From assembly GCF_963921235.1 (NCBI RefSeq), contig NC_086097.1, forward strand, positions 116,872,001-116,936,000: a stretch of DNA of 64,000 nt, given 5' to 3'. The first letter of the stretch is position 1. The number at the start of each line of letters is the position of its first letter. The DNA comes from Mobula hypostoma. Taxonomy: Eukaryota. The notes under the pieces are model-generated. The model searched no databases. It was given only the letters and a program-made list of their open reading frames with translations, and was not told where the DNA came from. The position numbers and the translations under genes are program-made. Of the stretch, positions 62,245 through 64,000 are shown in pieces.

Positions 62245-62725
62245 TGTTGGTGGCCAAGCATTTTAATTCCCATTCCCATTCCCATCTTGACATGTCAGTT
62301 CATAGCCTCCTCTAGTGCCTCAGGGTGGAGGAGCAGCACCTTATATTCCGTCTGGGCATCCTCCAATATGTTGGCATGAATATTGATTTCTCTTTCTGGT
62401 AATTTTTTTCTCTCCCCCTCCTCTCTTCTTCTGGCCCCCACTCCGGCCTCTGTTGACCTGCATATCACCTACCCTGGTGCCTCTCCTTCTTCCCATTCTC
62501 CTATGGTCGACTCTGCTCTCCTGTCAAATTCCTTCTTCACCGTCCCTTTCACCTTTCACCTTCTAGCTAGCCTCCTCCCCCTCCCCCCACCTATTCATTC
62601 TGTCATCTTCTCCCTTCCTTTCCGGTCCTGAAGAAGGGCCTCAGCCCCTAAACATTGACTGTTTATTCATTTCCATTGATACTGCCTGACCTGCTGCATT
62701 CCTCTAGCATTTTGTGTGTGTTACT
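62245..62725 (+). mobile_element. Penelope 3' end with degenerate hammerhead
   Basis: RVEEQHLIFRLG remnant, pyrimidine-rich UTR, GGUC-CUGAAGA-AGGGCCUCAGCCCC-UAAAC-AUU-GACUG. Confidence 0.7.
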
Positions 62726-63811
62726 AGGCATTGAACTAGCAACCTTCTCACTCAAAATCAAAGCTGTTGTTATAAAGCTAGTGTGGCTGTCAAAGCAACG
62801 AAGTACAGAGATGAGGAGGGGGCCGGCCAGCATTTATTGCCTATCCGTAATTGTGCTTAAAATACGATGGTGAGATGCTTTATCGATGTTCTACAGTTCT
62901 TCAAATGTAGGTCCTCCCATAGCGCTATAGGGAAGGCAGTTCCAGGAATCGCACCAGTGATCTTCAGCTGTAAGTCCTCCCATAGTGCTCCCTCCTCACA
63001 GCTCTCCCCCAGCTCCCCACTTCTCCCTGCTTCTTCTAATCCCTCGCTGGCTGTCCGTAACTGTACACTATTTCTATTTCTCCTACCAGAGCTAATTTCT
63101 CATTTCTCTTTGTGAACCCTGCTTGTGCACATTTGAAAGCTGCAGACGCAGTGTTTTAAATTTTCATTCCATTGACCCTGATTGATGAACTATTGTGGAG
63201 AAGTATCTGTGATTTTATTTTTTCTTGTATGTGCTGACCTGTGCAAAGATTTTCCATATTCTGTTCATTAACACGGAACTATAGGCAATTAGTTGCTGTG
63301 AGCCCATGCAAGCAATTCATTTGGAGAGTGTAATCTTCCTAAATGATTATTAAAAGATGATAAAGGACTTCTGTAGTACATTAGCCTGGATTCAGGTGCA
63401 GATGTGAAGGCATTGCGTTCATAGATACATTAATTTTAATGCTCATGATTAATTGTTTATAAAGCTATCACACAGAGGCAAGTATGGAAAGATGCTTAGA
63501 GACATTTCTCTCATTTGATGTGCAGTCACTTTAAGTATTCTGAGCCTGAAGGCCAAGTTTACAAAAAGCTGACATCACAGAATTCCCTTGCTGAATATGG
63601 CATGTTACATTGCAGTGCATTGAATGGGTAACTCATCTGTTTGAAGTGGAGTTGAAACATTACAATCCAGCTTAGATCAGTTGTAATTGTGGGTTATAAT
63701 CACTATAAACTTGGGCTGTGCTCAAAACTGTATTTCAGCTTTAGGTCAAGATTTTATATTGAAATATGATGTGCGAATTGTAGTAATTTTACTTTTATTT
63801 CTCTCATACAG

Positions 63812-64000
63812 AAAAACGAAAAGCTAACCTGCTGGACCAGCTTACCAACACGAGTGGGACTATAATTGGGATCACATCTTTCATTGTGATTATCCTCATT
63901 GTTATCTCTGTTATTGTTCAACTCAAACAGCCGCGCAAAAAATTCATCCAAAGAAAACCAGACTTTGACCAAACAGTTTTTCAGGAGGTTTTTGAGCCTA
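63812..64000 (+). CDS. NETO1: NETO1 coding exon, truncated by the window end (transmembrane helix and start of cytoplasmic tail)
   Basis: TTTCTCTCATACAG acceptor. Reads (E)[73 protein letters not shown] and [12 protein letters not shown] favour NETO1 over NETO2. Confidence 0.95.

Noticed and set aside
5791..64000. NETO2 as the gene identity
   Set aside because: [38 protein letters not shown] and [11 protein letters not shown] fit NETO1 better as I recall the two paralogues. A reciprocal BLAST would confirm.

Overview
Vertebrate nuclear DNA, not prokaryotic. The repeat content (CR1, Penelope-like, V-SINE, Rex/Babar-like, HERO) suggests a cartilaginous fish, probably a ray or shark; this is an inference. 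The window is the middle of the NETO1 gene (neuropilin and tolloid-like 1, a kainate/NMDA receptor auxiliary subunit) on the + strand. Five coding exons splice in frame with canonical AG/GT ends: 5791-5832, 5944-6071, 32239-32467, 55446-55559 and 63812 to the window end. They encode the CUB1-CUB2 linker, CUB2, LDLa, the transmembrane helix and the start of the cytoplasmic tail. Everything else is intron packed with mostly decayed and often nested transposons, and many insertions can be delimited by target-site duplications. Notable items: (1) minimal type-I hammerhead ribozyme motifs in Penelope pseudo-LTRs, one with an intact core on the sense strand of the NETO1 pre-mRNA; (2) a Ty1/copia remnant resembling the GalEa clade; (3) HERO-clade fragments; (4) a young 5'-truncated CR1 with an uninterrupted 699-aa RT ORF; (5) several bipartite or chimeric non-autonomous retroelement families. 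Family names come from recognised motifs rather than a database search. Repeat boundaries without a stated TSD are approximate. I found no CRISPR array, rRNA, true tRNA or demonstrably new protein-coding system.
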